Origin: Octopus sinensis
Taxonomy: Eukaryota
NCBI RefSeq assembly: GCF_006345805.1
Contig: NW_021835970.1
Coordinates: 1-64,000, forward strand
Direction: 5' to 3'
DNA: 64,000 nucleotides
Each line of letters begins with the position of its first letter. Positions within the stretch are counted from its first letter, which is position 1. Shown piece after piece: positions 12,601-25,172 of this stretch. The notes beneath the pieces were generated by a model. The model was not told the DNA's origin and made no database searches. It saw only the letters and a program-made list of their open reading frames with translations. The position numbers and the translations under genes were made by a program.

Positions 12601-13147
12601 TCGACTCCCTCGAGCAACCATCTTGTTGTATAGGCGTCAAAAATATTTCTGTACCAGTCTGTTGTTCTTTACAATAAAAAATTCTGTTCTGTTAATTGTC
12701 ATTTTATAATATTTATCTTGACCAAAATAGATTTTGAAATAGAGTTCAAATATTTTTTAAATTTTTTTTCCAAGTCCGAATGTAGAAGCACCTAGGCTCG
12801 GTACACCCAAGGCCTGTGACATAATAATTTATAGAAATAATATAAGAATAATAAAATTCGTGTTCAGTTTAAAAACAGTCTAGATAAAAAATATAACAAT
12901 AATGATTAAAATTTAAAGAAATTGATCATTTTAGATTTTAGGGCGCTAAAATACAAGATCGCCAAATCCGGGAACAAATAAATAAAATTTTGCCATAAGA
13001 ATATAAAGAATAGAACTTTCTATCAAAAAAAAAGTAAAATTCAATTAATAAAGATAAATGAGAAGATTTGAAATAAGCGAAATAAACAAATTGAAAGAAT
13101 AAACTCGCAAATATAACAAAATGATGAAATTTCAGATAATTTATTAA

Positions 13148-13309
13148 TTAAAAGAAACTACATCGCAAAATATTCCTTCTAATCCAAATAAATAAAAAAA
13201 TAAAGATTGACCAAATAATGGCAAATTGTGAAACAGAATTGCGAGCAGATTGTTTCCTTGGAAATTTTGCTCCAGTAGATTTTCGAGAAGGTTGTTGTGT
13301 TCTAGCCAT
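13148..13309 (-). CDS. 53-aa H3-tail mini-ORF MARTQQPSRKSTGAKFPRKQSARNSVSQFAIIWSIFIFLFIWIRRNILRCSFF
   Basis: Open from ATG to TAA (162 nt). Residues 1-29 are H3-tail derived (LSAK deleted), followed by a hydrophobic stretch. Translation is not demonstrated. Confidence 0.55.
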   Translation of the reverse strand: MARTQQPSRKSTGAKFPRKQSARNSVSQFAIIWSIFIFLFIWIRRNILRCSFF

Positions 13310-16300
13310 ATTTTTTTATTTCAGACAGAACCGATTCAGACGAGTTATTTTTGTTTTATATTATTCCGAATTTTTAAACAACCTTATTCCGAATTTTTTC
13401 GAGTAATGCAAAAAAGTATCATTCCGAAAATTTTTTATTTAATTCACTCATCATTTTTAAAAATAAGTAATTAAATATTTTTAAAATAATATTTTATTAG
13501 CACCATCAAATAATTGTAACTATTTCTTAAATTGATGAATTTTACGAGATTACAGATTAAATTACTAGTGTACTAATTAAAGAACAGAGTAATGGATAAA
13601 ATTGATTGAGGAGAGCGTTACTGCCATCAACAGTTATTTCCAATTTTGTTTGACTAGAGGAATGCCTGACATGAATTGCAAGACATTATTGTGGTAATTT
13701 ATTGTTACAGTCTAACTTCGTTTGGAACATTAATTGTTCCAAAACACAGGTTGTTCCAAAAATCGTATAAAATTTACCGGTCTGCTTACCTTCTGTGTTT
13801 GTTTGGTTATTTTTACTCATATTACAATAAACTTAATTGATTGATTGAACTTGCAAAAGCTTTATCCAGTTTTCAATTTCATCAAAGATGATGTTTTTTA
13901 TCATCTTCATTGTCGATTTTTCTTCTCTCACTTCTTATGAACCCTTAAATAACTGCATTATATTTCATCTTTAGCAAACATTTATCTTCTGTTTCTAAGT
14001 ATCTTCTTTTGGTTGATTGTGATAGAGAGCGGGTGGATATGATAGTTGTTTCTTCATCCACGTTTATTCCATTCAATTGCTTGGTAATAAAACTGGTTTC
14101 TTGCTCACATTTGCTCATCATTTCTTCATCTATTAATATATCTGGTAGAAATTTGGGCTCTTTTCCTTCCTCTTTAGATAACTCATATGTATCTTTCTTT
14201 CCCTTGACCACATCTGCAGGTGTGGTTCTAGTATGGTGGTTTGTGAATGAAGTCTTGAGGGGCTTGTAAAGCTTTGCACTTTTTGAAAAGCTATGTATCC
14301 TTACTATTTCCTTTAACGTAAGTTGGCTTTTCTCACTCTCATTTCTAGTATGGTCGAAAGGCATCAAAAAGTAATCACTTTTACTGTTGTTTCGCTCAAG
14401 AGATATTTCAAGAGAGATATTCTGGTTTCCGCTCATGAGGTATTTTACTTCAAAGAGAGGTTCCGCAGAGATCCGCCTCAGTCCACGTCTGTTCTGTTAA
14501 TAATAATTTGACCGCAAATTTGAAATCATCTCTTTTGGAACGCGAAACATTTATAAATTTGCTGAAAACACTAAAATGGAGTACATTGGTCGCAATAGAA
14601 AAACTTGTGCCAAGGAAATTTTGCACAAAATCTAAATAAAAAGACTGGAGGCTGCATGCAGAATATTATTGAAGACCAGTGGGAATATTTGTATTTTATT
14701 GAGAAACTCTCTATTGTCATGGTTCGCGATAATGCCCTGGTTTTATATTTATTAAAATTATGGCTCAAAAAGTTGTTGATATTATCTATGTTTATCAAAT
14801 AAAATGAAAATCAAGAAGAAAAATTTCAAGTACTTTAAAACTTAAACATTGATCGGCGATGATTATCAGAACGATTTCTCCGATTGGTTTAAAGACTCCA
14901 ATAAAAAACTATGCGGATATCAATGAACTAATAGATATCAATATTTTTTGATTTTAGAAAACAGAGAGTTATATAATTTAACAAAATTTTATACTATATT
15001 TAATTAGTTAATATTGAACAAAATGAGTTTGAAAAAATTTATTTAGAAATTCGACATGAATTGTCTGAGTATGAAATTCATCTGAAATTGGCTAACGAGC
15101 AGAGACTATATTATTCTAATAAAGCTGGAAAGGAGTTTTAATCACCATGAACATTCTGTTTCAATTTATCAATAATTTGGAAAAAGAATCTGACATTTCT
15201 ATCGGGAAAATGGAACCTTGCGGGTCTTTAAAAAGAAAAGAGAACATATAGGATACGATCACTAGATTTCTATTTTTGAAGTATAAATTGAATCCAACTT
15301 AAGTTAATATCAAAGCTATAAAAAAAAGTGTCTTTTTAAATCAATCACAAGAAAACCGCTCCATTCTATTCTCTCTAACAGTTATGAGAATATTGATATT
15401 CCTGAATTTTCTCAATGACTTGCTAAAGGTAAAGAAAATAACAGTTTTCTGCAGAAGGGAATTTATTTTCAAATGAAAAAAATTCAACATGCAATCAATG
15501 TAACAAGGCCAAAAATGTTGTTGATCAGCCGTTTTAAAATGGTTGATCATATGTATTTTGCTTCAAGCGATTCTGACGATTGTTCATTAATTGTATATTT
15601 ACATAATAAAAACTTACTAGCTACCTGATGTGGCTTTTAGTTCTGCATACATGCCAGATATAGAAAAGAGAAAATGTCTTTCTTTATTCTTCGATTTTGA
15701 AGAAGGAGATTTCTGGAAAGTAAATCCCGAAGATCCTAAATTTCGTCGATTCATCAATTATACAGAATTCAACAATTTTTAATGTAATTTCACTGTAATG
15801 TAGATATTCATTAGACTGTGTCGGTATCAATGAATTCTATGGTCGCTTCGAATTCTATTTAAGCGATGAAACTTTTGTCACAAATTTCGTGTTTGAACTT
15901 GAAAAACCGTCCAAAGAATTAACCAAAAACGAACGAGCCAAATACAAAATTGTTAATCGATGCGAATAATGTTTTCGTTGTTTAAAAAATTCTTTATTTG
16001 GTTATTTTAGAATAATTTTTGTAGTTAGTTCTTTAAAAATATTTTTGGGAAATTTCAAAAAAATATTGGATAGGATCTTACAGTTTTGTTGACTGCAAGG
16101 GAGAATAGAAATGGCCTTAGGGCGTCGCCTTGTTGTAGACTCAATTATTTTATGTTACGAATCTAAGTGAAGAATGCTTAGAGTATGCTAGGCAACCTCG
16201 TGGGATACATTCTCTGCTTCACATCTAACCTCGTGTGCTCTGCTGGCTAAAACAGTTCGACTCCCTCGAGCAACCATCTTGTTGTATAGGCGTCAAAAAT

Positions 16301-16806
16301 ATTTCTGTACCAGTCTGTTGTTCTTTACAATAAAAAATTCTGTTCTGTTAATTGTCATTTTATAATATTTATCTTGACCAAAATAGATTTTGAAATAGAG
16401 TTCAAATATTTTTTAAATTTTTTTTCCAAGTCCGAATGTAGAAGCACCTAGGCTCGGTACACCCAAGGCCTGTGACATAATAATTTATAGAAATAATATA
16501 GAATAATAAAATTCGTGTTCAGTTTAAAAACAGTCTAGATAAAAAATATAACAATAATGATTAAAATTAAAAGAAATTGATCATTTTAGATTTTAGGGCG
16601 CTAAAATACAAGATCGCCAAATCCGGGAACAAATAATAAATAAAATTTTGCCATAAGAATATAAAGAATAGAACTTTCTATCAAAAAATAAAGTAAAATT
16701 CAATTAATAAAGATAAATGAGAAGATTTGAAATAAGCGAAATAAACAAATTGAAAGAATAAACTCGCAAATATAACAAAATGATGAAATTTCAGATAATT
16801 TATTAA

Positions 16807-16968
16807 TTAAAAGAAACTACATCGCAAAATATTCCTTCTAATCCAAATAAATAAAAAAATAAAGATTGACCAAATAATGGCAAATTGTGAAACAGAATTG
16901 CGAGCAGATTGTTTCCTTGGAAATTTTGCTCCAGTAGATTTTCGAGCAGGTTGTTGTGTTCTAGCCAT
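16807..16968 (-). CDS. 53-aa H3-tail mini-ORF (unit 4; [16 protein letters not shown]...)
   Basis: Open from ATG to TAA, 162 nt. Confidence 0.55.
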   Translation of the reverse strand: MARTQQPARKSTGAKFPRKQSARNSVSQFAIIWSIFIFLFIWIRRNILRCSFF

Positions 16969-18456
16969 ATTTTTTTATTTCAGACAGAACCGATTCAGAC
17001 GAGTTATTTTGTTTATATTATTCCGAATTTTTAAACAACCTTATTCCGAATTTTTTCGAGTAATGCAAAAAAGTATCATTCCGAAAATTTTTTATTTAAT
17101 TCACTCATCATTTTTAAAAATAAGTAATTAAATATTTTTAAAATAATATTTTATTAGCACCATCAAATAATTGTAACTATTTCTTAAATTGATGAATTTT
17201 ACGAGATTACAGATTAAATTACTAGTGTACTAATTAAAGAACAGAGTAATGGATAAAATTGATTGAGGAGAGCGTTACTGCCATCAACAGTTATTTCCAA
17301 TTTTGTTTGACTAGAGGGAATGCCTGACATGAATTGCAAGACATTATTGTGGTAATTTATTGTTACAGTCTAACCTTCGTTTGGAACATTAATTGTTCCA
17401 AAACACAGGTTGTTCCAAAAATCGTATAAAAATTTACCGGCCTGCTTACCTTCTGTTTGTTTGGTTATTTTTACTCATTATTACATAAAACTTAATTGAT
17501 TGATTGAACTTGCAAAAGCTTTATCCAGTTTTCAATTTCATCAAAGATGATGTTTTTATCATCTTCATTGTCGATTTTTCTTCTCTCACTTCTTATGAAC
17601 CCTTAAATAACTGCATTATATTTCATCTTTAGCAAACATTTATCTTCTGTTTCTAAGTATCTTCTTTTGGTGATTGTGATAGAGAGCGGGTGGATATGAT
17701 AGTTGTTTCTTCATCCACGTTTATTCCATTCAATTGCTTGGTAATAAAACTGGTTTCTTGCTCACATTTGCTCATCATTTCTTCATCTATTAATATATCT
17801 GGTAGAATTTGGGCTCTTTTCCTTCCTCTTTAGATAACTCATATGTATCTTTCTTTCCCTTGACCACATCTGCAGGTGTGGTTCTAGTATGGTGGTTTGT
17901 GAATGAAGTCTTGAGGGGCTTGTAAAGCTTTGCACTTTTTGAAAAGCTATGTATCCTTACTATTTCCTTTAACGTAAGTTGGCTTTTCTCACTCTCATTT
18001 CTAGTATGGTCGAAAGGCATCAAAGTAATCACTTTTACTGTTGTTTCGCTCAAGAGATATTTCAAGAGAGATATTCTGGTTTCCGCTCATGAGGTATTTT
18101 ACTTCAAAGAGAGGTTCCGCAGAGATCCTGCCTCAGTCCACGTCTGTTCTGTTAATATAATTTGACCGCAAATTTGAAATCATCTCTTTTGGAACGCGAA
18201 ACATTTATAAATTTGCTGAAAACACTAAAATGGAGTACATTGGTCGCAATAGAAAAACTTGTGCCAAGGAAATTTTGCACAAAATCTAAATAAAAAGACT
18301 GGAGGCTGCATGCAGAAGATTATTGAAGACCAGTGGGAATATTTGTATTTTATTGAGAGACTCTCTATTATCATGGTCCGCGATAATGCCCTGGTTTTAT
18401 ATTTATTAAAATTATGGCTCAAAAGGTTGATAATTATCTAAGTTTATCAAATCAAA

Positions 18457-18756
18457 ATGAAAATGAAAATCAAGAAGAAAAATTTCAAGTACTTTAAAAC
18501 TTTATTAAACTCTCAAATATCAAAAGTTGAGGATCTGAAGGATAATGCACAGATGTACGCGTCGTCGACAGCAAAAAACAAAACTGGTTTTACACGACGA
18601 ACATGTAAAAAAATTGAAAATTTAGTTGAAATGGTCAATGAAATTGCCAGCCACTTTGAAATAAAATTTAATGGCAAGACCGATTCTCTCAATGAGATTG
18701 GAGAACGTTTTCTAAGCAACAAAATAACACATCTTGAAGTTTTAAAAGAATTATAA
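18457..18756 (+). CDS. Hypothetical 99-aa ORF in the native continuation of segment A
   Basis: ORF only. The sequence recurs inverted at about 46260-46470. No family recognised. Confidence 0.2.
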   Translation: MKMKIKKKNFKYFKTLLNSQISKVEDLKDNAQMYASSTAKNKTGFTRRTCKKIENLVEMVNEIASHFEIKFNGKTDSLNEIGERFLSNKITHLEVLKEL

Positions 18757-18974
18757 AAACCATCGTGCGGCGTTTATAAAAAACAAACAACAGTAATTGT
18801 GAGGTTTGATCTAGTTATACGTAAGTCAATTGCCTCTTTGTCGAATCAATCCTATTAAGAAGGCTTTTATTTACGCTTGTCTAAATGAATAAAATATTTT
18901 TAATTTTTTTAATTTTAATTATTTTTTAATGATTAGTTTATTGTTTGACAATGTCAAGTGTTTCTTCTGAAACT

Positions 18975-20402
18975 AAAAAACGCTGTTTGAAAAATGAAAA
19001 GAGAATGCTTCAAAAAATCGGAAATTCTCTATTTTTGTACAACGATTGATGCAAAAATAGATTGTTTGATATGCAACCAGCTAATCGCTGTTTGAAAGAA
19101 TACAACTTAAAAAGGAATTTCAATTTCAATCATAAATGATACGATTATTTCGAAAGTACTAAGTTGTTTATTAAAAAGTCCAATGCGTGTTTAAAAGCTT
19201 AATCAGTTTCGAAATAATCTGACTTCGTCACAGGCTCGTTTCAAAAAAAATTACAATTGAAGTACTGCATCAGTTACTGCAAGTTATGAAATCAGCAGAA
19301 TGTTTTTACTAAATGGGAAATCATATTGTGATGGTGATTTTATTAAACAATGTCTCTGAAAACAGCTAAAATAATTTGTCCTGATAATGCGCATTTGTTT
19401 AAAGAAATTTCTTTGACCATAAAAATTGTTGCCGAACATATCAAAAAAATTTCTTCGCATTTGAAAGAGCGATTAAAACCCAAATTTTTGAAAATTGAAT
19501 ATTTTTCAATTGCGATCGATGAAACAGTCGACGTTATTGGATTTGCACAATTAGCAATCTTTTTCGGACCTGTGACCGAGATTTTGATATTTATGAAGAA
19601 TTTCTCGAACTGCTACCAATGCACGATACTACTAAAAGTAAAGATATCTTTGTAAAACTACAACAATTTTGACTATGGATTTGATTTAAGGAAGCTTGTA
19701 TTTTTGTGCACCGATGGTGCTCCTAATATGGCTGGACGACATTCTTGATTTGCTGCTAAATTGCGACATAAAATAGTAAAGTTAAATCCTGGCTTATTAT
19801 TTCCACATACTGTAATAAATTTTTCCACCTATGAAAGAAAACTGGATTTGTTTTTAAAAGAATTTCAGGAAAGATTCAATAATTTCTCGTCTTTTTAACA
19901 TGAATTTTCATTATTCACGGCACCATTCTCTTTCAATCCTTTCAATGCAGATAAAAGTCTTCAAATGGAATTGTTGGAGATCCAATCGGATTCTATACTA
20001 AAAACTAAATATTTGAAGGCTAGAATACCTACTTTCTTTACGCATCTTCCTAAAAATCTTTAGAAATTTTGTTGCCAAATATGTTTGGTTCGACATATGT
20101 GTCTTAACAATTTTTTTCATTTATGAAATTAACAAAAACTGTTCATAGAACACGACTCACAGATAAAAATTTGTCGGCTTTAATTAATGTCGGGACTACA
20201 CAAACAATTAAGTCCGATATATCCAAATTTGTATTAAAAACAGATGTCAATGATCCGGAAGTAGGTCCAAACACGATTAAAAGATGGTGATTAAATATTT
20301 CAATTTCCTTATTCTTGGTTTTATACTGAAATAAATAATCTTTCCTTTATGGAAAATTATTATAAATAGAGCCCCTGAAGCCAAATGAGTTTGACACCAC
20401 TC
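18975..20402 (+). pseudogene. Degenerate hAT (GTF2IRD2/SPIN-like) transposase with right TIR
   Basis: CLICNQ...KEYNLKR, YFSIAIDETVDVIGFAQLAIF, CTDGAPNMAGRH, FGSTY motifs. Ends gagtttgacaccactc, resembling the reverse complement of a CAGGGGTGTCAAACTC-type hAT end. Confidence 0.8.
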
Positions 20403-20764
20403 AATTAAATTCTTCTTCAAATTGTGATATTAAATCTTCAATTATTTTTAAATATTTTTCAGTTGAACCATTTTAGAAATTTTCCTACAAATATAGGAAA
20501 TGTATGTATTCTTTAGTGGATATCTGCGTTTTTCATAAACGTAATTTCTTAGCGAATGCAGCAATATATCCTAAATTTGATAATTAAGCTTATTTTAGCC
20601 TTGTACTTCGCCATTCATTGTAGACAGATGTACAGATATATCAACATAAAATGCTATATCTGCTACCCATCCTTTGTCTTTCAATAGTGTATTGTCCACT
20701 TTATTTTAAGTTAATAAAATAATTTCAGGAAGAAGTTGATAAAATCTATATATAAATATAAAAG

Positions 20765-20983
20765 CCCCAAGACACTCCGCTTCCTTCGCTCGCTCGGCCG
20801 ACGGATTTCAAGGACTAGCCACGATCCAAAAGAGTATTCTTGGCTCCTGGATCGTCTGTCGATTGCTGTGATCCGAGGGAACGGCTTTGCCATTCGCGAG
20901 GCTGGCCGGGTGTCTCGTAAAACCAGTAATTAGCTTAGCTATCTTTTCACTTCCTTATTGTTCCTTATTTTTGTAAAAAAAAT
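20765..20983 (+). mobile_element. 5'-truncated CRE-like retrotransposon (family E) with short poly(A); mirrored at about 25790-26006
   Basis: PKTLRFLRSLGRRISRTSHDPKEYSWLLDRLSIAVIRGNGFAIR. atataaaag flanks both sides (TSD of at least 9 bp). Confidence 0.8.
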
Positions 20984-21399
20984 ATATAAAAGAAATTTAC
21001 TTTCTGAGACTTGAGCTACGGCTTAATCATCTCACTCTTAAAAAAAGAAAAACATGGCCATCGACCGAATACGTTTCAGTTAAAAATGTTTTAAATTTTC
21101 GGTGATTCAAAACGTTCGTCCAAATCGAATTAGCGATTCCTATTACAACAAAATAAACATTTTCCATTTTTATATTTTTAGAAATTAGATTTTCCTGATG
21201 TATAATGTAACGACACAATAATATTGAAGTTCAGTTATTATCACATCTCCATTTATTCATAAGTCCAGGAAAACCAGTTTTACTGACAACCATAAAAAGC
21301 ACCATCACTAATTTCCTCGGATCCAATTGACAATCTTCAATTAATTTCACAATTAGAGGAAGAATCTTTGTTTTTTTAGTTTTGTTCTCTTCACGAAAA

Positions 21400-21606
21400 A
21401 AATGCGATATAGACGAGGTTTAGTAGAACCGCTGTGTAAAGTCCTCTTGCCCAATTCGAACAAATATCGATCGAGGATGATGGAGGGTGTTTTAGCACCA
21501 ACCAGCTCATGTTCATAAACGACATTAAACTGTTCGCTTGGTCTTCAAAGATTCTCCACTCGATGGGCAAAACCTTGAAAGGTTTAATGACGGCCGTTAA
21601 TCAGGA
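21400..21606 (+). pseudogene. R4/Dong-like RT fragment (mirrored at 25133-25372)
   Basis: STNQLMFINDIKLFA resembles the NHLLFMDDIKLFA catalytic motif. Confidence 0.55.
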
Positions 21607-22324
21607 GTTCAACTACAACAAGTCGACGACTAACACCCATGTGTGCGGTGACCCAGTAGCAATAAAAAAATAAAATAAAAAGTCGATAATGCGCGGCATT
21701 TTCAATTGTGTATTTAATTTGTTGTTATATTTAAGATGACAGATTCTTGCCATAATTCAGTAAAGAGGATATGTTTTCGATCGGACACGATGTTTGCCAA
21801 ATCAAAAAATACCATAGGAATAGTTTTTTAGTCTAGTCTGTATCAAAAAAGAGCTCTATCTGAAAGGATTCGTGGAAATTGTTCCATTCCCGAACATCTG
21901 GACCAGCTCCTTAATTCCTCCTTACATGCTTTCAGGAATTGACTCGTCTTGGATTGATATCTGCTAGTGATAGATTTTTTGTTTTATTTTATCCTTTTTT
22001 GATTCTTCGTTATTTTTAATAGATAAATAAGAATAAAGATAAAGTAACAAAATTCAAAAAGGTGTACAAAAGTCCAAGAAAACCAGTTTTACTGACAACC
22101 ATAAAAAACACCATCAGTTAAAATTGAAACTAATTTCCTCGAATCCAATTGACAATCTTTCAATTAATTTCACAATTAGAGAAAAAATTATTTTCTTTAG
22201 TTCTTTGTTTTATTGTGTTCTCTTCATAAAAAATGCGATATAGGCGAGGTTAAGTAGAACCTCTTGCCCAATTCGAACAAATATCGATCGAGCATGAGCA
22301 ATAAAAAAATTAATAAAAAATCGA

Positions 22325-22649
22325 TAATGGACTGAAACTTGTGCATTCACGTCTAATTCAGAACAACTACCGAAATGTCTCATTTGCCAGGAAACTTTGA
22401 ATCAAAATAAAAAGTGAAATTTATAGAGACACTTTAACACAAAACATTCGAATTTCGCAAAAAATATCCAATTGGTGATTCGCGAAAGAAAGCTGTAGAA
22501 GAACTTGCAAAGAAAAATCAGATCGAGAATTCCGCTTTTAAATATTGGCATCACAATACCATGACTGCAAATATTGCCAGTTTTTCAATTTTTCGAAATT
22601 TCCGAAATTGGCTCTTAAGGCTTTCTACAAAAGTATTTGCCGACCCCTG
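22325..22649 (+). mobile_element. Internally deleted hAT element: transposase N-terminus plus right TIR
   Basis: LPKCLICQETL...RHFNTKHSNFAKKYPIGDSRKKAVEEL. Ends tttgccgacccctg, a Charlie-type hAT end. Confidence 0.7.
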
Positions 22650-23159
22650 GTCTAGGTGCTACCAAAGTTAATGTGAAAGGGTTGATCAAACTTCAAAAAA
22701 AAACTTCGTTATTTTTAATAGATAAAGAAGAATAAAGAAAAAGTAAAAAAATTCAAAAAGGTGTACAAAAACCAATATAAAAATGTCAAAATAACAAAGA
22801 GATTGACTTTGAAGGAATAAAATCGAAATAAATGATATAAATGATAAAATTTCAAATTCTGAAATCAGGAAATGAAAGTTCACAAAGATTTATTCCTTAC
22901 AAATTAAATTAAATAAGAATGTAGAAAAGTACACATAAAATACTAACAAACAAACCAACCACGTGTATCAGCGTGTTATAATTTATTAGGATTACCTTTA
23001 CAATAGGTTAACCATAGTGTAATAATTTTATAAATGTGAATTTTATTTATATTTTCGAGAAAATCTACCATTCACTAATATAACACTCTTTCGATGTGTC
23101 CAGACTAAGAAAACAAATTTGCTTATCTGGATAACTGTCCTTCCCATCTAATTTTATCA

Positions 23160-23520
23160 TAGACTGGCGTGGCGTTATGTGGTTCACCAACTCGCTTGAA
23201 TCTTGCAATTCAGACGCATTTGGAAACGCTCAGGGAGGAACATCATCGGGGCTGACGAAGTTTCCGAGTTAATCGGAATCTCGCTTGGCACATCGAAGGG
23301 CCGTTTATTACTCGTCAATATATACATCCCACCTCGCGGCTTTTGTCCAAGGAGCTATTGCCTCTTTACTCTCTCCAAACTTGCACGGACAGACGGGGTC
23401 ATCTTATGCGGTGATGGAATGGGAATTCCCACGCAAGATAGCTATTGATATGCGTTGAAAAAGTCATGTCTGTTCTCGATGATCGTTTCTCTTTCTGCTT
23501 GCCAGGTCCCCCATTTAATA
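23160..23520 (+). pseudogene. APE endonuclease fragment of a LINE
   Basis: ELIGISLGTSKGRLLLVNIYIPP...GVILCGD. Confidence 0.7.
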
Positions 23521-25172
23521 AGGAATTTTTTAGTCCTGGGACCAAGGACTCCCGACGTCTCCACTGCGATCGGGGCAAAGATATAACGGTGCTGCGTGAA
23601 TTTTCTGATTTGTAAATTTTACTAAAAAAGTAAAATTGATTAAAGTTTTTTTTTGCATGATATGTTATACAACACGTGGAAGAAAGGAAATAAAAATATT
23701 TATTTAAAAAGAAGCTGTTAGTAGAGGGTAGATAAAGACCGCCCAGTCCCTGCATTTTACTAAAAAAAATTACTATTTTACTAAAAAAATTATTTGTTAA
23801 ATTTACTAAGAAGGAAGGAAATTATGAAAAGAACACACGTAAAGAAGGAAATTATAAACAACGTGGAAGGAAGTAAATTATAGAAAAACTGTATAATAAA
23901 TAAAACTGCGATAAAATATGCACAAATGGTTTTCTCCTCAAAGAAATTCCTGGAAAATACGGCTGGAAAGAAGGTTTGTGTTATAAATTATAAAATATAA
24001 AGGTTCGGGTCTAGGAAAAAACAGTCAAGGGCGAACCGAACTGGTCACCCTTAAAAGGAATAAGGGAGGAATGGGGGTATGATTACAATTTATAACAATT
24101 TAGGTCGGTTATCAAGAAGTACTTGATAAATTGGTAGACGCACAGTTTATAAGGACCTACCAAAATAAAGAAAACGAAGCCGGAAAAAGGGCAAAGGCAA
24201 AATAATATTTTTTTATAATAAATTTTTTGTTTTCTAAACTTTAAAATGTTGAAAAAATAATATAAAAATAAGGGTTTTTTCTAAGCTACTTTCAGAAAAA
24301 GATTACAGTTTAAATTATTTTTGATAGTAGTCCAATATGTTTTCTAAATTAACCACACATTTGATATTCAGTAGAAAATTCAATAAAGAAGTCTTATAAA
24401 AGGATTTTACAATTTATTTCTTTCGAATTCTGAATTATCATTAAAAATCATTGATTATATCAATTTTGATTTATATTATTATATTCTAAAGCAAATTTAA
24501 CTTGGTGGGTTGCAATTAATGTATCATTAGTACAAAAATTCAAATTTCTGGGCCCGAATTATAAACCCTATTTAATAAATATATTGCAGAACAAAATATT
24601 AATGGATTTTTTTGTTTAAATAGTTTTCTGCATAACTATCTAATAACCATCTTTTGCATATTTAAAAAAATTGAACAGAAATTGTTTGATTGGTAATGAC
24701 TGATTCGTACATACCCGTCTTTAGAATTATCTACACTTTTTTTATCGCTGGCGAATGGAACTTAAAGCTGATATTCGCCGTCGCACTTTTAATCAACGAA
24801 ACGGAAGAGGATATAAAAACCTGCCCTGGAGTATATTGGCTAATTTCTGTAAAGCTATACTTATGCAACACGGTTTTTTGAAAATTCTGCTCGGCACGGA
24901 AAGGAGATCTGACAAAAATGGGAACTACTTGCTTATATATAACCAAACTGACTACATTGTCTGCTGCCAAAAAGATATATAAACAAAATATATTTATACA
25001 TTTATCACGACAGAATGAAAGACATTATTTTTATAAAAAGGAACTCAGGAGATCAAAAAATTCTTTTTCCCACTTGAGTTCGAGGAATTTAAACTGGCAA
25101 CCAGGATCTGATTTTTTTTAGATAGGCTGTTATTATTTTTCTTGTTTATTAATCGGATTCATTTGTTTGACA

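Larger units (their letters stand above)
2737..18500. repeat. Head-to-tail tandem array, about 4.3 copies of a ~3.64-kb unit
   Basis: ctagagg(g)aatgcctgacatg recurs at 2737, 6378, 10009, 13654 and 17311 (periods 3641, 3631, 3645, 3657). It departs from the unit after ...tttaaaact at about 18500. Confidence 0.97.
20428..21606 (+). repeat. Left arm of a ~1.18-kb inverted repeat (partner 25173-26340)
   Basis: Near-identical reverse complement by eye across the whole arm. Confidence 0.92.
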
